Positions 8,950 to 17,841 are shown, numbered from the stretch's first letter. The stretch is 61,159 bases of DNA from Thermoplasmata archaeon (GCA_003551065.1 PULU01000093.1:1-61159), one strand, 5' to 3'. Numbers and translations are program-made. Notes: generated by a model from the sequence alone, not told the origin.

Positions 8950-9979
8950 ATTCTACATAGATATCAACGATATCTAAGAGATGTGAGAGTTCTATGTATT
9001 CATCAGGCTGGTGTGCTGAGTCAACTTCGCCTGGACCAAATATGAATGTGTTTTTGTTGTTCTCGACAAACCTGACCATCTCAGTCCCGTAGGGAACCGA
9101 CCATAACTCCGTGTCAGCTATCTCCAGTATCTTTTTTACACATTCCATGTTCTCATCTACTTTGACAGCGTCTAGATACTGGATAACATCCAGGTCGAAT
9201 TCTTCTTCGATGTCACCGAATAGATGCTCTTCGAGTTCTGACCTGGAAAAGCTCGGTGGGAACCTGACATCGACTTCCACTCTGCATCTTTTCGGAATCA
9301 CATTCGTAGCACTGCCTGATTCTATTACGTTTACGGAACAGGTCATCTCATCTTTAGTGGCTGGAACATGACCTTTAGAATCTAGATTCTTGATTATAGG
9401 AACCATCTTCATGATAGCGTTTTCCCCTTTTTCAGGCATACTAGCGTGGGCGTTGATCCCTTTGGTTTGTAATTCGAACTGGTACACTCCCTTTTCTTGT
9501 GTTACCACTAGTTTTGCAGTGGGTTCTGCTACGATTACAACTGGAGCTTCCGTTATTTCCGGTTCAGAAGCGGCTTCTAATGCACCGTTCATGGATATCT
9601 CTTCATCGGTGGTGAATATCAATGAGAAAGGTACGTCTTTTTCGATTAGTTTTTTAGCTGCAGCTATAACCGCTACGCAGGGTCCTTTCATATCTAAAGC
9701 ACCTCTGCCGAATATCTTTCCGTTTTCGATCTCACCCTCTTCATGTTCCCATCCATCTCCTACCGGAACGGTATCTAGATGACCAGAGAAGCAGACACCG
9801 CCCTTTCTGTGAGATGCTATTATGACCGGATTGAATTCATCGCCTTTCAATACACGACTTTTTAAACCTATATCATCCAGTAAAGAGGTGGTGAACTCGA
9901 TGATCTCATCCATATCACCCTTACTCTCACTGTCGATATCTATCATCTTCCTTAGGTTTTCAACTATAAATTCTTCCAT
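8921..9979 (-). CDS. M20-family metallopeptidase/deacylase (ArgE/DapE-like)
   Basis: Motifs GHLDTVPVGDGW, GRGALDMKG and FTTDEE fit the M20 metal-binding and catalytic pattern. Confidence 0.78.
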   Translation of the reverse strand: MEEFIVENLRKMIDIDSESKGDMDEIIEFTTSLLDDIGLKSRVLKGDEFNPVIIASHRKGGVCFSGHLDTVPVGDGWEHEEGEIENGKIFGRGALDMKGPCVAVIAAAKKLIEKDVPFSLIFTTDEEISMNGALEAASEPEITEAPVVIVAEPTAKLVVTQEKGVYQFELQTKGINAHASMPEKGENAIMKMVPIIKNLDSKGHVPATKDEMTCSVNVIESGSATNVIPKRCRVEVDVRFPPSFSRSELEEHLFGDIEEEFDLDVIQYLDAVKVDENMECVKKILEIADTELWSVPYGTEMVRFVENNKNTFIFGPGEVDSAHQPDEYIELSHLLDIVDIYVEYAVSVAKER

Positions 9980-9995
9980 ATCTGTTTCACATCCT

Positions 9996-10370
9996 TCAAG
10001 TAAATATTATCCACGCATAGATTACAGCCATTATGACTGCAATTATCAGACCGATATAAAGCATCGTTTTTGTTATACTCCGATCTTTCCCGATGACTAT
10101 CGGTATAGGACCTATAAATATGATACCGCCCCACTTTGATTCCCTTTGGATCTCTGTGGTTTTAGAGCCCTGTTGAGAGGAGGGGATAAAAAATAAAGAT
10201 GCAAAGGATAGGAATATCATAAGGATGCCTATCATCATGATAAATCCTGCACCATAGATCACTGGGAATATAATGAAGAGTGCTAGTTTAGATTCCCCTG
10301 TTATCACTGATAAGATTATGAGTGATATGCCGATAAGGAACAGTATCATAGGTATCAGCCTTCGTTTCAT
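9996..10370 (-). CDS. Small multi-pass membrane protein (resembles the archaeal DUF131/TIGR00304 family)
   Basis: Three hydrophobic helices and a GGIIFIGPIPIVIG segment. The family assignment is from memory only. Confidence 0.5.
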   Translation of the reverse strand: MKRRLIPMILFLIGISLIILSVITGESKLALFIIFPVIYGAGFIMMIGILMIFLSFASLFFIPSSQQGSKTTEIQRESKWGGIIFIGPIPIVIGKDRSITKTMLYIGLIIAVIMAVIYAWIIFT

Positions 10371-10643
10371 GTATAAACCATTGATTAGTAGAATTAAAAA
10401 GTTACTAAGAAAAAATAAATTTTAAACATATTTTCAATAATTTTATCTGATGTTTCATTTATTAATCGAGCTTTTCAAAAGTTTAGTGATTGCACAAACT
10501 TTTACAATCCATGGAAATTTGCTCAGTATATTATATGCCTCGATTGATTCTTATGAAATAATCAGATATCACTACAAACTTGACAGTCTCTATTAACCCC
10601 AATAGTTATATGTGTCTATTCGATATTAATGTAGGTGATTTAA

Positions 10644-10982
10644 ATGCTCGGAGATATACTGTTAATTATAGTGGGTTTGATTTTACTAACCGGTCTTTTG
10701 GGGGTTATCCCTGCCATGGGAAAGCATCTAGAGAAACTAGCAAAATGGTTAGGTTCTATCCAGGGGATCATCGGTATAATTGCCTTGATTTATGGTATAT
10801 GGAATTTTAGTATTCCTTCGGGACTGATGCTGATAATCGCCGGTATAATCCTTGCAGTTGGAATACTACAGATACTTCCTGCTGTAGGCGAAGAACTAAA
10901 AAAATTAGCAAAAACCCTGGGTAGCTTCCAGACTATCATCGGTATAATTGCACTAGTAATCGGTATCTGGGGTCTTCTGTAA
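10644..10982 (+). CDS. Small membrane protein made of two internal repeats
   Basis: AGGTGA lies 6 nt upstream of the ATG. The two halves repeat (GKHLEKLAKWLGSIQGIIGIIALIYGIW / GEELKKLAKTLGSFQTIIGIIALVIGIW), including an identical 17-mer in the DNA. Confidence 0.6.
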   Translation: MLGDILLIIVGLILLTGLLGVIPAMGKHLEKLAKWLGSIQGIIGIIALIYGIWNFSIPSGLMLIIAGIILAVGILQILPAVGEELKKLAKTLGSFQTIIGIIALVIGIWGLL

Positions 10983-11066
10983 AGGAGGAAAAATTCGTGA
11001 GAACTGATTTAAAACCTTTAGTTTATTTTTTATAAAATTTCTGAAGTAGATTAGAGTATGAGGGTT

Positions 11067-11086
11067 AATTTGTTTTAATTTGTTTT
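11067..11086 (+). repeat. Tandem decamer AATTTGTTTT x2 in the intergenic region upstream of the Dps-like gene
   Basis: Read directly: gggtTAATTTGTTTTAATTTGTTTTcac. It is related to the GGTAATTTGTTT copies at 35185 and 36234. Confidence 0.6.
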
Positions 11087-11194
11087 CACAAAAAAAGAAT
11101 TTATTGTCAGTAAAAAACCATTTTTATTAAACACAAGTTTTAAGTAAACATAACACCATAATAAATGCTGCAATAACGATGGAGGTTTGAAAAA

Positions 11195-11746
11195 TTGGCA
11201 AAAGTAACAAGACAGATGGTAGAAGACGCCGGCGTAGATGTGGATGAACTCGTTGATCTGTTGGTTAAGAACGCGGCAGCTGAATTGACAACGTTCTATT
11301 ACTATACGATCTTAAGAGTGAATCTAATAGATCTAGAAGGCGAGGGATTGAAAGAGATCGCTGAAACAGCTAGGATCGAAGATCGGAATCATTTCGAAGC
11401 GCTAGTACCGAGGATCTATGAATTGGGTGGAGAACTTCCCAAGGATATGAAGGATTTCCATGATATATCCGGATGTCCACCGGCGTATCTACCCGAGGAT
11501 ACTTCAGATGTGAAGAAGATCATGGAGGTTCTGGTCGAGGCTGAGAGATGTGCTGTTCGACAATATACTAATATCTGCAACATGACTGCAGGCAAGGATC
11601 ATCGTACGTATGACCTAGCTCAGGCTATACTGCATGAAGAGATACAGCACGAATCATGGTTTTCAGAGTTCTTAGGAGAAGGTCCTTCGGGACACTACCT
11701 GCGAAGGGGAGATACATCACCGTTCGTATCAAAGTTCCTAGAATGA
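11195..11746 (+). CDS. Dps-like ferritin-superfamily protein (archaeal DPSL type)
   Basis: The TTG start is preceded by GGAGGT. The ferritin-like four-helix pattern has E...E..H pairs (ARIEDRNHFE, LHEEIQHESW) and resembles Sulfolobus/Pyrococcus DPSL. Confidence 0.78.
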   Translation: MAKVTRQMVEDAGVDVDELVDLLVKNAAAELTTFYYYTILRVNLIDLEGEGLKEIAETARIEDRNHFEALVPRIYELGGELPKDMKDFHDISGCPPAYLPEDTSDVKKIMEVLVEAERCAVRQYTNICNMTAGKDHRTYDLAQAILHEEIQHESWFSEFLGEGPSGHYLRRGDTSPFVSKFLE

Positions 11747-11852
11747 GACACTTTTTGAAAGGGGGAACCCTCTTTTTTTTATTTTTTATAAACCTAGTTT
11801 TTTGTTCTAAATAGGGAAAAATATTATAATTTGATATTAAATATCTGTTAAC

Positions 11853-12620
11853 ATGGAGATCGGGACCGTAGGAATGGCATTTATATTGACTTTCCTAGCA
11901 GGTATATCGACGGGTATCGGTGGTTTGACACCTTATTTCATCAAAAAACCAAAGACGGTATACCTTTCTCTAGGTCTTGGTTTCGCCGGTGGAGTGATGA
12001 TCTATATCTCATTCATGGAACTGCTTCCAGAAGCTTTCGAAGATGCCGGTGAAGGTATCGCTGTTCTAGCATTTTTCTTAGGGATCGTTGTTCTAGGTGT
12101 CGTTGATATCCTCATCCCTGAAAAGGAAACTTACGATATATCATCTGTTACAGAGGAAGATAGAGAAGAAAAGAAATTACTCACAACGAGTAAACTCACC
12201 GCTTATGCAATAGCTGGACACAATTTCCCGGAAGGGATGGTCACATTTTTTACGGCCTTGGTTGATATACGACTAGGAGCTTTGATCGCCATGGCTATAG
12301 CCATACACAACATCCCTGAAGGAGTCGCTGTAGCAGTACCTTATTATTATGCCACAGGAGATAAACTCAAAGCATTCCTACATTCACTTGGAGCCGGGCT
12401 AGCTGAACCCATCGGGGCACTGGTAGCGTTCTTTATACTATGGCCATTTTTGACACAGGCCCTCATAGTCACGATGCTGGCTTTCGTGGCCGGTATAATG
12501 GTATATATCTCATTTGACGAACTGTTACCTCTAGCTCAGGACTACAATTCATCACATTCTGCGATCTTAGGCATCGTATTGGGTATGCTGGTGATGGCTG
12601 TTACTCTACTGATAGTGTGA
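11853..12620 (+). CDS. zupT: ZIP-family zinc/metal transporter
   Basis: Multi-pass membrane protein with ZIP signature helices HNFPEGM and IAIHNIPEG. Confidence 0.85.
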   Translation: MEIGTVGMAFILTFLAGISTGIGGLTPYFIKKPKTVYLSLGLGFAGGVMIYISFMELLPEAFEDAGEGIAVLAFFLGIVVLGVVDILIPEKETYDISSVTEEDREEKKLLTTSKLTAYAIAGHNFPEGMVTFFTALVDIRLGALIAMAIAIHNIPEGVAVAVPYYYATGDKLKAFLHSLGAGLAEPIGALVAFFILWPFLTQALIVTMLAFVAGIMVYISFDELLPLAQDYNSSHSAILGIVLGMLVMAVTLLIV

Positions 12621-12697
12621 TACTTATTCTTTAATATATAACAAATATAATAATATTCACAGTATATTCTAGAGCACCTATATATATACATATATAT

Positions 12698-13390
12698 ATG
12701 AGTGTCTCATTATATCTTTTCGAGAGTGGTAATATCTCCGGAAAGATCTCCGAAGAGAATAAAGTACGTGTGATGATACTCCCTATAATCGCCATGCTGG
12801 TGATAACGATGATCGTGGCCGGGTATCGGGATGAGAGAGAGCCGATCGAGGTGGATGAAAATCCAGGTGAACTTACCATTGAGTACCGAACAATTGAGGA
12901 TCAGGTTGGAGAGCCTGATGTCAAAGCAATCGGCTCTACGGTTGTGAATAATGATAGTCATTTGGAATTGGAAACAAATGTTACAAATATTTCTCCTGGT
13001 GGTGAATTTCAACGTATCTTTGTGCGGCTGAACGCAGAAGGAGCCTTCGAAAAGGAGTTACAAATAGACGCTTTCAAGTTTACAGCCTCAGAAACTGAGG
13101 AAAATGAACCACCTTTTAATGGAATAGATTTTGAAAGTAGTAAATCTAGAATCGAAGGAGGGGAGATCTGGCCTACTGAAAGACAACGCACCGGTGTTTT
13201 AACTTCTTCTCCTGAACATTACGCTTACGAGGGATACGATCTAGATTCAAATGATTTTACGGCGAATAGCATTTTGATGTGGTCGATTCCAACAGAAAAT
13301 GTCGGTGAAGAGTTCAGTTTAGAGATACAAGCTGTAGTTCATGGATTGTCCGAAGATGTTACCGCAACTGTTCAGGTCGATATTAGATGA
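12698..13390 (+). CDS. Hypothetical membrane-anchored, highly acidic protein
   Basis: The ATG sits directly after a TA-repeat TATA-like tract, so the transcript may be leaderless. One N-terminal TM (ILPIIAMLVITMIVAGY) is followed by an acidic domain. No family was recognised. Confidence 0.55.
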   Translation: MSVSLYLFESGNISGKISEENKVRVMILPIIAMLVITMIVAGYRDEREPIEVDENPGELTIEYRTIEDQVGEPDVKAIGSTVVNNDSHLELETNVTNISPGGEFQRIFVRLNAEGAFEKELQIDAFKFTASETEENEPPFNGIDFESSKSRIEGGEIWPTERQRTGVLTSSPEHYAYEGYDLDSNDFTANSILMWSIPTENVGEEFSLEIQAVVHGLSEDVTATVQVDIR

Positions 13391-14870
13391 GGTTTATGAA
13401 TATGGGATTAAAAACGCATTTACATGGATAGTTGCGTTCTTGCTCGTATTTGTTGTCTTTTCGGTAGTTTTTACAGATACAGTTGTGGCCAACGATGGAT
13501 TTGAGGATGAATTCGAATCTGACAATGGGAAAGCCCTTTATCTCCAAGATGGTCGTACCGAACCATATTATTATAACTATACCGATGTGGTGGTTGAAGA
13601 AGCTTTATACATACCTTATCCTGATGTAGGCAATTGGTTTTCCTATGATACGGAAACTACTCTTGATGTTCTAGCTACAACCGTGGACGGCGGAGGGGAG
13701 TATACTAGAGTATTTCTACATGTATCAGCTGCAGGAGGTTATTCGTATAATGAAACTGAAAGTGTTGAGCATCCCCATGATGATTTATCGCCTCCAGGAA
13801 TGGGACATATAGGTAACGCAGGACAAGTGATAGAGGCAGAAATAACAGATTATGATGGAAACCATATCCCATATCTTGATATAGAAAGATCAAAGAATAG
13901 TGGAACAACTAGCATTACAGATGGGGATGAAGGAGGGGACGGAGAAACCAGTGAAACCCAAAAGTTAGCTTTGCAAGGCGCTTTATTCGCTGCTCAAATA
14001 GGAGCTACTGCCGTCGATGTAAAAACTTTCGGGGCTATAAGTGCAGTCTCATTTGCATATACTCTCGCTACAAGGGGAAGCGATGATGAACCGAATCCAT
14101 TTCCAGAAAATAAAGATTATGACTTGGGAGAAGATGCCAATGTTAGACAAGTTTGGAAACACGATCCCGAAATGTCGGAGTGGAATGATACCTCCGGTCG
14201 AATGGAAAACCCTTTGGAAGATGTACATGGCACGTCAACAGTCTTATATTTAAGTCTAGATAACGACGACCTTCATGAAAGTGCAATTCTTGAAATATCT
14301 GCTCGTAATCTATTAGGTATTTCAGGTTATGATGACGACGAGTATTTTGAAAGCAGTATAACTGACGGTGCCGAAGCCACGATAGAGATTCCGATCAGGA
14401 AAGCCCGACCGGAACTATCCCTCGACACGGACAAAGATACATATTACAAAAGTGATTACATCACATCAGATGACGGACCTTATATAGTAAGTCCGAAATT
14501 TGATATCAGTTTAGATAACCCTGCAGGCGATAACACTCCAAAATACGATATTACCATGGATATAAAATTTGATGGTAGTAGTTATGAAACATTGACCTAC
14601 TTTTTTTACAGAGATATCGATGATGATATAAGCCAATATATCACTATCGAGGTACTAGATGGATACGACGGTTCCGTATCTATAAAATTCACCGTTGAGA
14701 CCCGTTATGAGAGATACGGGGGATGGATAGAGACATTTGAAATATCAGAATCATTTAATGTAGTGGAGGATGGCCGTGATGATAGCGATGACGGTGGCAG
14801 CGGAGGTGGTACTCCACCACCTGGAGGAGTGGTATCTACAGGGAATGAAACCCCCCTAGAAGGAGGTTAG
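13341..14870 (+). CDS. Hypothetical membrane-anchored, highly acidic secreted protein (start uncertain)
   Basis: Long open frame with an N-terminal TM (WIVAFLLVFVVFSVVF) and a Gly/Pro-rich tail. The annotated ATG overlaps the upstream gene by 50 nt. An alternative start needs a frame change at an A5 run (see findings). Confidence 0.6.
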   Translation: MDCPKMLPQLFRSILDEVYEYGIKNAFTWIVAFLLVFVVFSVVFTDTVVANDGFEDEFESDNGKALYLQDGRTEPYYYNYTDVVVEEALYIPYPDVGNWFSYDTETTLDVLATTVDGGGEYTRVFLHVSAAGGYSYNETESVEHPHDDLSPPGMGHIGNAGQVIEAEITDYDGNHIPYLDIERSKNSGTTSITDGDEGGDGETSETQKLALQGALFAAQIGATAVDVKTFGAISAVSFAYTLATRGSDDEPNPFPENKDYDLGEDANVRQVWKHDPEMSEWNDTSGRMENPLEDVHGTSTVLYLSLDNDDLHESAILEISARNLLGISGYDDDEYFESSITDGAEATIEIPIRKARPELSLDTDKDTYYKSDYITSDDGPYIVSPKFDISLDNPAGDNTPKYDITMDIKFDGSSYETLTYFFYRDIDDDISQYITIEVLDGYDGSVSIKFTVETRYERYGGWIETFEISESFNVVEDGRDDSDDGGSGGGTPPPGGVVSTGNETPLEGG

Positions 14871-15092
14871 TTCATCCCCTTACATAGTCTCTCTCACTTT
14901 ACCTTTTTTTAAACGTAAAAATTGATTTTCGAAAGAATTCTAGATACGTTGATTTGAGAGAATAGTTTGAATTCATTAGAATAATAGTATCAGGTCAAAA
15001 AGCGATTCAAAGGTTCCAATATCACAAAGAAGTTGAAACACTTAGAAAGCAAAATAATTATATCATATAAGATATATGTTAGATGGGGTAAG

Positions 15093-15932
15093 ATGTCAGG
15101 AATTCATTTCATGAAAACGGATGATTTGGAGAGAGTGAAAGATTTTTACACTAACAAGATAGGTATGCAGGAATGGGTTGATCAAGGTGAATGCATAATT
15201 TTAAAACACGGCAACATGCTGTTGGGTTTTTGTGAAGCAGACGGATCTGATACGGATGGTGTGATCACGTTCTTTTACAGAACTAAGGAACAGGTGGATA
15301 GGATGTACGAGACCTTCAAAGAAAGGGCTGAATCTGAACCAATAAAAAGGGAATCGTACAACATCTACAATTTCTTTGCAGAAGATATCGAAGGGCGAAC
15401 CATCGAATTTCAAACGTTCCTTCATCCTTTAAAACCCTACCTGGACAGCATAGAGCTCCTAGAAGGACGTAGGAGTGTCAGGGAATACGAAAACAGAGAG
15501 GTTCCAGAAGAAGTATTAGAAGATATCTTCGAAACGTGCAGGTATGCACCTACTTCGAAGAACTCGCAGTCATATTACTTCATACCGATAAAAGATAGAG
15601 ATACCATCGAATTCATGGCGGATAGAAGAGCTCCGAACAGCGGACCTATAGCCGAAGCACCCATGGCCGTAGCAGTATGTTGCGATCCCGATAATACCGG
15701 TAGGGTCCAACAAGACGGAGATATCGCCGCTTATCACTTCACTTTAACAGCATGGTCCCATGGTTTAGGTACATGCTGGATAGCCGCCATGGATAGAGAG
15801 GATGTAAAGGATAAACTGGGCATACCGCAAGATCATTACGTCGCAACGGTCACACCGTTAGGATATCCTGAGGAAATTCCGAAAACACCGGAGAGAAAAG
15901 AGGCAAAAGAGTTCGTTAGACGGATAGATTGA
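15093..15932 (+). CDS. Fusion of a glyoxalase/VOC-like N-domain with a nitroreductase-family C-domain
   Basis: The ATG at 15093 is preceded by GGGGT. The C-terminal half has the nitroreductase pattern (RRSVREY..., APTSKNSQ, GLGTCWI). The N-terminal ~120 aa look like a VOC beta-alpha-beta-beta-beta module. Confidence 0.72.
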   Translation: MSGIHFMKTDDLERVKDFYTNKIGMQEWVDQGECIILKHGNMLLGFCEADGSDTDGVITFFYRTKEQVDRMYETFKERAESEPIKRESYNIYNFFAEDIEGRTIEFQTFLHPLKPYLDSIELLEGRRSVREYENREVPEEVLEDIFETCRYAPTSKNSQSYYFIPIKDRDTIEFMADRRAPNSGPIAEAPMAVAVCCDPDNTGRVQQDGDIAAYHFTLTAWSHGLGTCWIAAMDREDVKDKLGIPQDHYVATVTPLGYPEEIPKTPERKEAKEFVRRID

Positions 15933-16128
15933 CCCACACATCTCCGGAAACGGCTAAGTTTCCTTGCTAGCATAACGGTTCGAGACAGCTATACTGATCA
16001 GGACTTTAGATCATGATTTTGGTAACCGAACCTCTTAGAAACCAATTAATTTCACTTATCGATCATTTTAAGAAGTCATCAGTGACTTTAGGAAAATATT
16101 TATCATCTTAGATTATATAGATATCATA

Positions 16129-16389
16129 ATGCAGATGGTGAATCTCTTTATACGAGGGAACGATGATACACATCCTATCGATGCAATTTACACCCGACTT
16201 GACTGTCTCGCTTTTTTGATGCTTATTATCTTGATCATCGTGGTATTGGCCTATATCTATTACAATCACAATTGGCGTCCTTTTAAGAAGTTATTTAAAG
16301 GTAGGAATACTTGTCCAGAGTGTGGGGAACCTTTGGATTTTAAAGGTGAGTCCTGTAAGAAATGTTGGACCATAATTCACAATGAATAA
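16129..16389 (+). CDS. Small TM protein with a C-terminal zinc ribbon
   Basis: One TM (LAFLMLIILIIVVLAYIYY) followed by CPECG...CKKC. Confidence 0.4.
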   Translation: MQMVNLFIRGNDDTHPIDAIYTRLDCLAFLMLIILIIVVLAYIYYNHNWRPFKKLFKGRNTCPECGEPLDFKGESCKKCWTIIHNE

Positions 16390-16422
16390 GGCGAGTCTAA
16401 AGATCAATTAAAAGGGAATATA

Positions 16423-16650
16423 TGGGGACGATCCAAGCGTATAGGTGGCCGTATTATAGTTTTTATCAAGATAGCCACTTTGATAATCCTTGCAGTCGTC
16501 TGGATAATGGCCTACACAGGGATACTCGGAATCGGCCGAACCGGTTTTTGGATCCTACTCGGTGCCACGGCTTTAATAATTATGCTCATATTGGGTTACG
16601 GTAAGGGTAATTTAAAGTATATCGATGATAGTTTTATGAGACATATATGA
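16423..16650 (+). pseudogene. Possible small two-TM membrane protein whose only ATG (16422) is one base out of frame at a G4 run
   Basis: The open frame reads (W)GRSKRIGGRIIVFIKIATLIILAVVWIMAYTGILGIGRTGFWILLGATALIIMLILGYGK... and ends at the TGA at 16648-16650. The track ORF 16422..16604 in the other frame is not protein-like. Confidence 0.3.
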
Positions 16651-16705
16651 AAATAAGATAACTGAAATCGAAGCAGCAAACCAGTAGAAGAGTACATCAA
16701 GACAC

Positions 16706-17356
16706 TCACTTGAAGATCTCTCCAGTTTCTCTGTACCAGAGAAGTAGATCCAAATGATTCATGGGGATACCTATTTCTTTGGAAAATCTCTTCATCTTTT
16801 TCTCTATATCTTTATATCTTTTTTCCGTTAAGCTTTTTGGAACCTCCTCTATAACTCCCGCCTCATTAAGGTTCTTTAAGATATGCCTATCTAGTATAGC
16901 CAGTTCATCACCTTTACCTATATTTCGGAGAAAATGACTCGCCTCTTTTAAACCAAGACCCTTGACGTTATCAACGATCCATCCTCTAGCTTCTTTTCCG
17001 TTAGAAAATGAATCTATCATCTCTTTCAATGATACACAGTCTTTCTCAGCGAACTTCTCCCTAGCCTCGACTAAATAACCGGCCTTGTTGAACCGGAATC
17101 TAACTCTTTTGATCTCTTTAGCGATCTCTTCTTCTTCAGCGGACAGCAGTTGATCCCTACCGTCCAGTTCTTTGACCGTATCCCAGCAAACTTTAGCTTT
17201 AGATTGAGGTGTGAAGATACAGAAGCACAGCTCACGGAATAATCTTTCATCACCTTCATCCCAAACCCTTTCAAATTCTTTCAATCTTTCATCTATGTCT
17301 GAACGAATCTTGATATAATCGGATTTCAATCCCTTAACCTTTTCCTCATCGTACAT
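16706..17356 (-). CDS. ogg: N-glycosylase/DNA lyase, archaeal Ogg2-type 8-oxoguanine glycosylase
   Basis: The HhH-GPD element VKGLGLKEASHFLRNIG...LAILDRHI carries the catalytic Lys and Asp. The size is about that of the M. jannaschii Ogg. Confidence 0.78.
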   Translation of the reverse strand: MYDEEKVKGLKSDYIKIRSDIDERLKEFERVWDEGDERLFRELCFCIFTPQSKAKVCWDTVKELDGRDQLLSAEEEEIAKEIKRVRFRFNKAGYLVEAREKFAEKDCVSLKEMIDSFSNGKEARGWIVDNVKGLGLKEASHFLRNIGKGDELAILDRHILKNLNEAGVIEEVPKSLTEKRYKDIEKKMKRFSKEIGIPMNHLDLLLWYRETGEIFK

Positions 17357-17364
17357 GATCCCAA

Positions 17365-17841
17365 CTACAGTATCTCAGCTACCTCTTCACATATGTCTTC
17401 GAGCAGTTTCTCATCCTCATCGGTGAACGGAGATTCTTCGTGTGAATCTATATCGAGTTCACCGACGACCTCTCCGTTTTTGAATATCGGAACCACTAAC
17501 TCAGATTTAACGTTAACACTGCAGGACAAATAATTGTCTTCTTTGGTGACATCCTGCACCCTGAACGTTTCTTCCATATCAGCGGCCTGACCGCATATCC
17601 CTTCGCCGAAACCTATGTCAGTATGTTCGGTAGGTTCACCTACGTATGGTCCAAGGACCAACCGCTCCTTTTTGACAAGGTAGAATCCGACCCAATCGTA
17701 ATGCTCGACATCATCCGCCAATAATTTACATATTTTTTTCAGCTTTCCATCTTTATCGATATCCTTCTTCAAAATTCCTTTAACTTTTTCAAATATATCC
17801 TCACTATCCATCTTTTTCACCTCTTCTCCATCTTGAGCCAT
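17365..17841 (-). CDS. GAF-domain protein (free methionine-R-sulfoxide reductase-like)
   Basis: The pattern WVGFYL...LVLGPYVG...GEGICGQAA...SELVVPI...GELDIDS is typical of the YebR/fRMsr GAF family. Confidence 0.75.
   Translation of the reverse strand: MAQDGEEVKKMDSEDIFEKVKGILKKDIDKDGKLKKICKLLADDVEHYDWVGFYLVKKERLVLGPYVGEPTEHTDIGFGEGICGQAADMEETFRVQDVTKEDNYLSCSVNVKSELVVPIFKNGEVVGELDIDSHEESPFTDEDEKLLEDICEEVAEIL

Noticed and set aside
10477-10503. Inverted repeat AAAAGTTT-N11-AAACTTTT in the 273-bp intergenic region upstream of the small membrane gene, considered as an origin or operator element.
   Set aside because: An 8-bp AT-rich arm is weak evidence in AT-rich intergenic DNA. There are no ORB-like repeats or an adjacent cdc6/orc gene.
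10580-10810. 76-aa ORF overlapping the start of the repeat-containing small membrane protein.
   Set aside because: It has a TTG start without an RBS and an odd composition. The overlapping 10644-10982 ORF has an AGGTGA RBS and internal repeat structure.
15960-16010. tRNA-like GGTTCGAG sequence and small hairpins (GGAAAC-ggctaa-GTTTCC at ~15943-15960) downstream of the nitroreductase fusion gene.
   Set aside because: No T-arm stem, acceptor stem or anticodon arm can be folded around the GGTTCGAG. The hairpin is only 6 bp. I found no tRNA anywhere in the window.
16422-16604. 60-aa track ORF starting at the ATG at 16422.
   Set aside because: The translation (…QAYRWPYYSFYQDSHFDNPCSRLDNGLHRDTRNRPNRF…) is not protein-like, while the overlapping frame encodes clean TM helices. 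I treated it as a frame problem (see findings).
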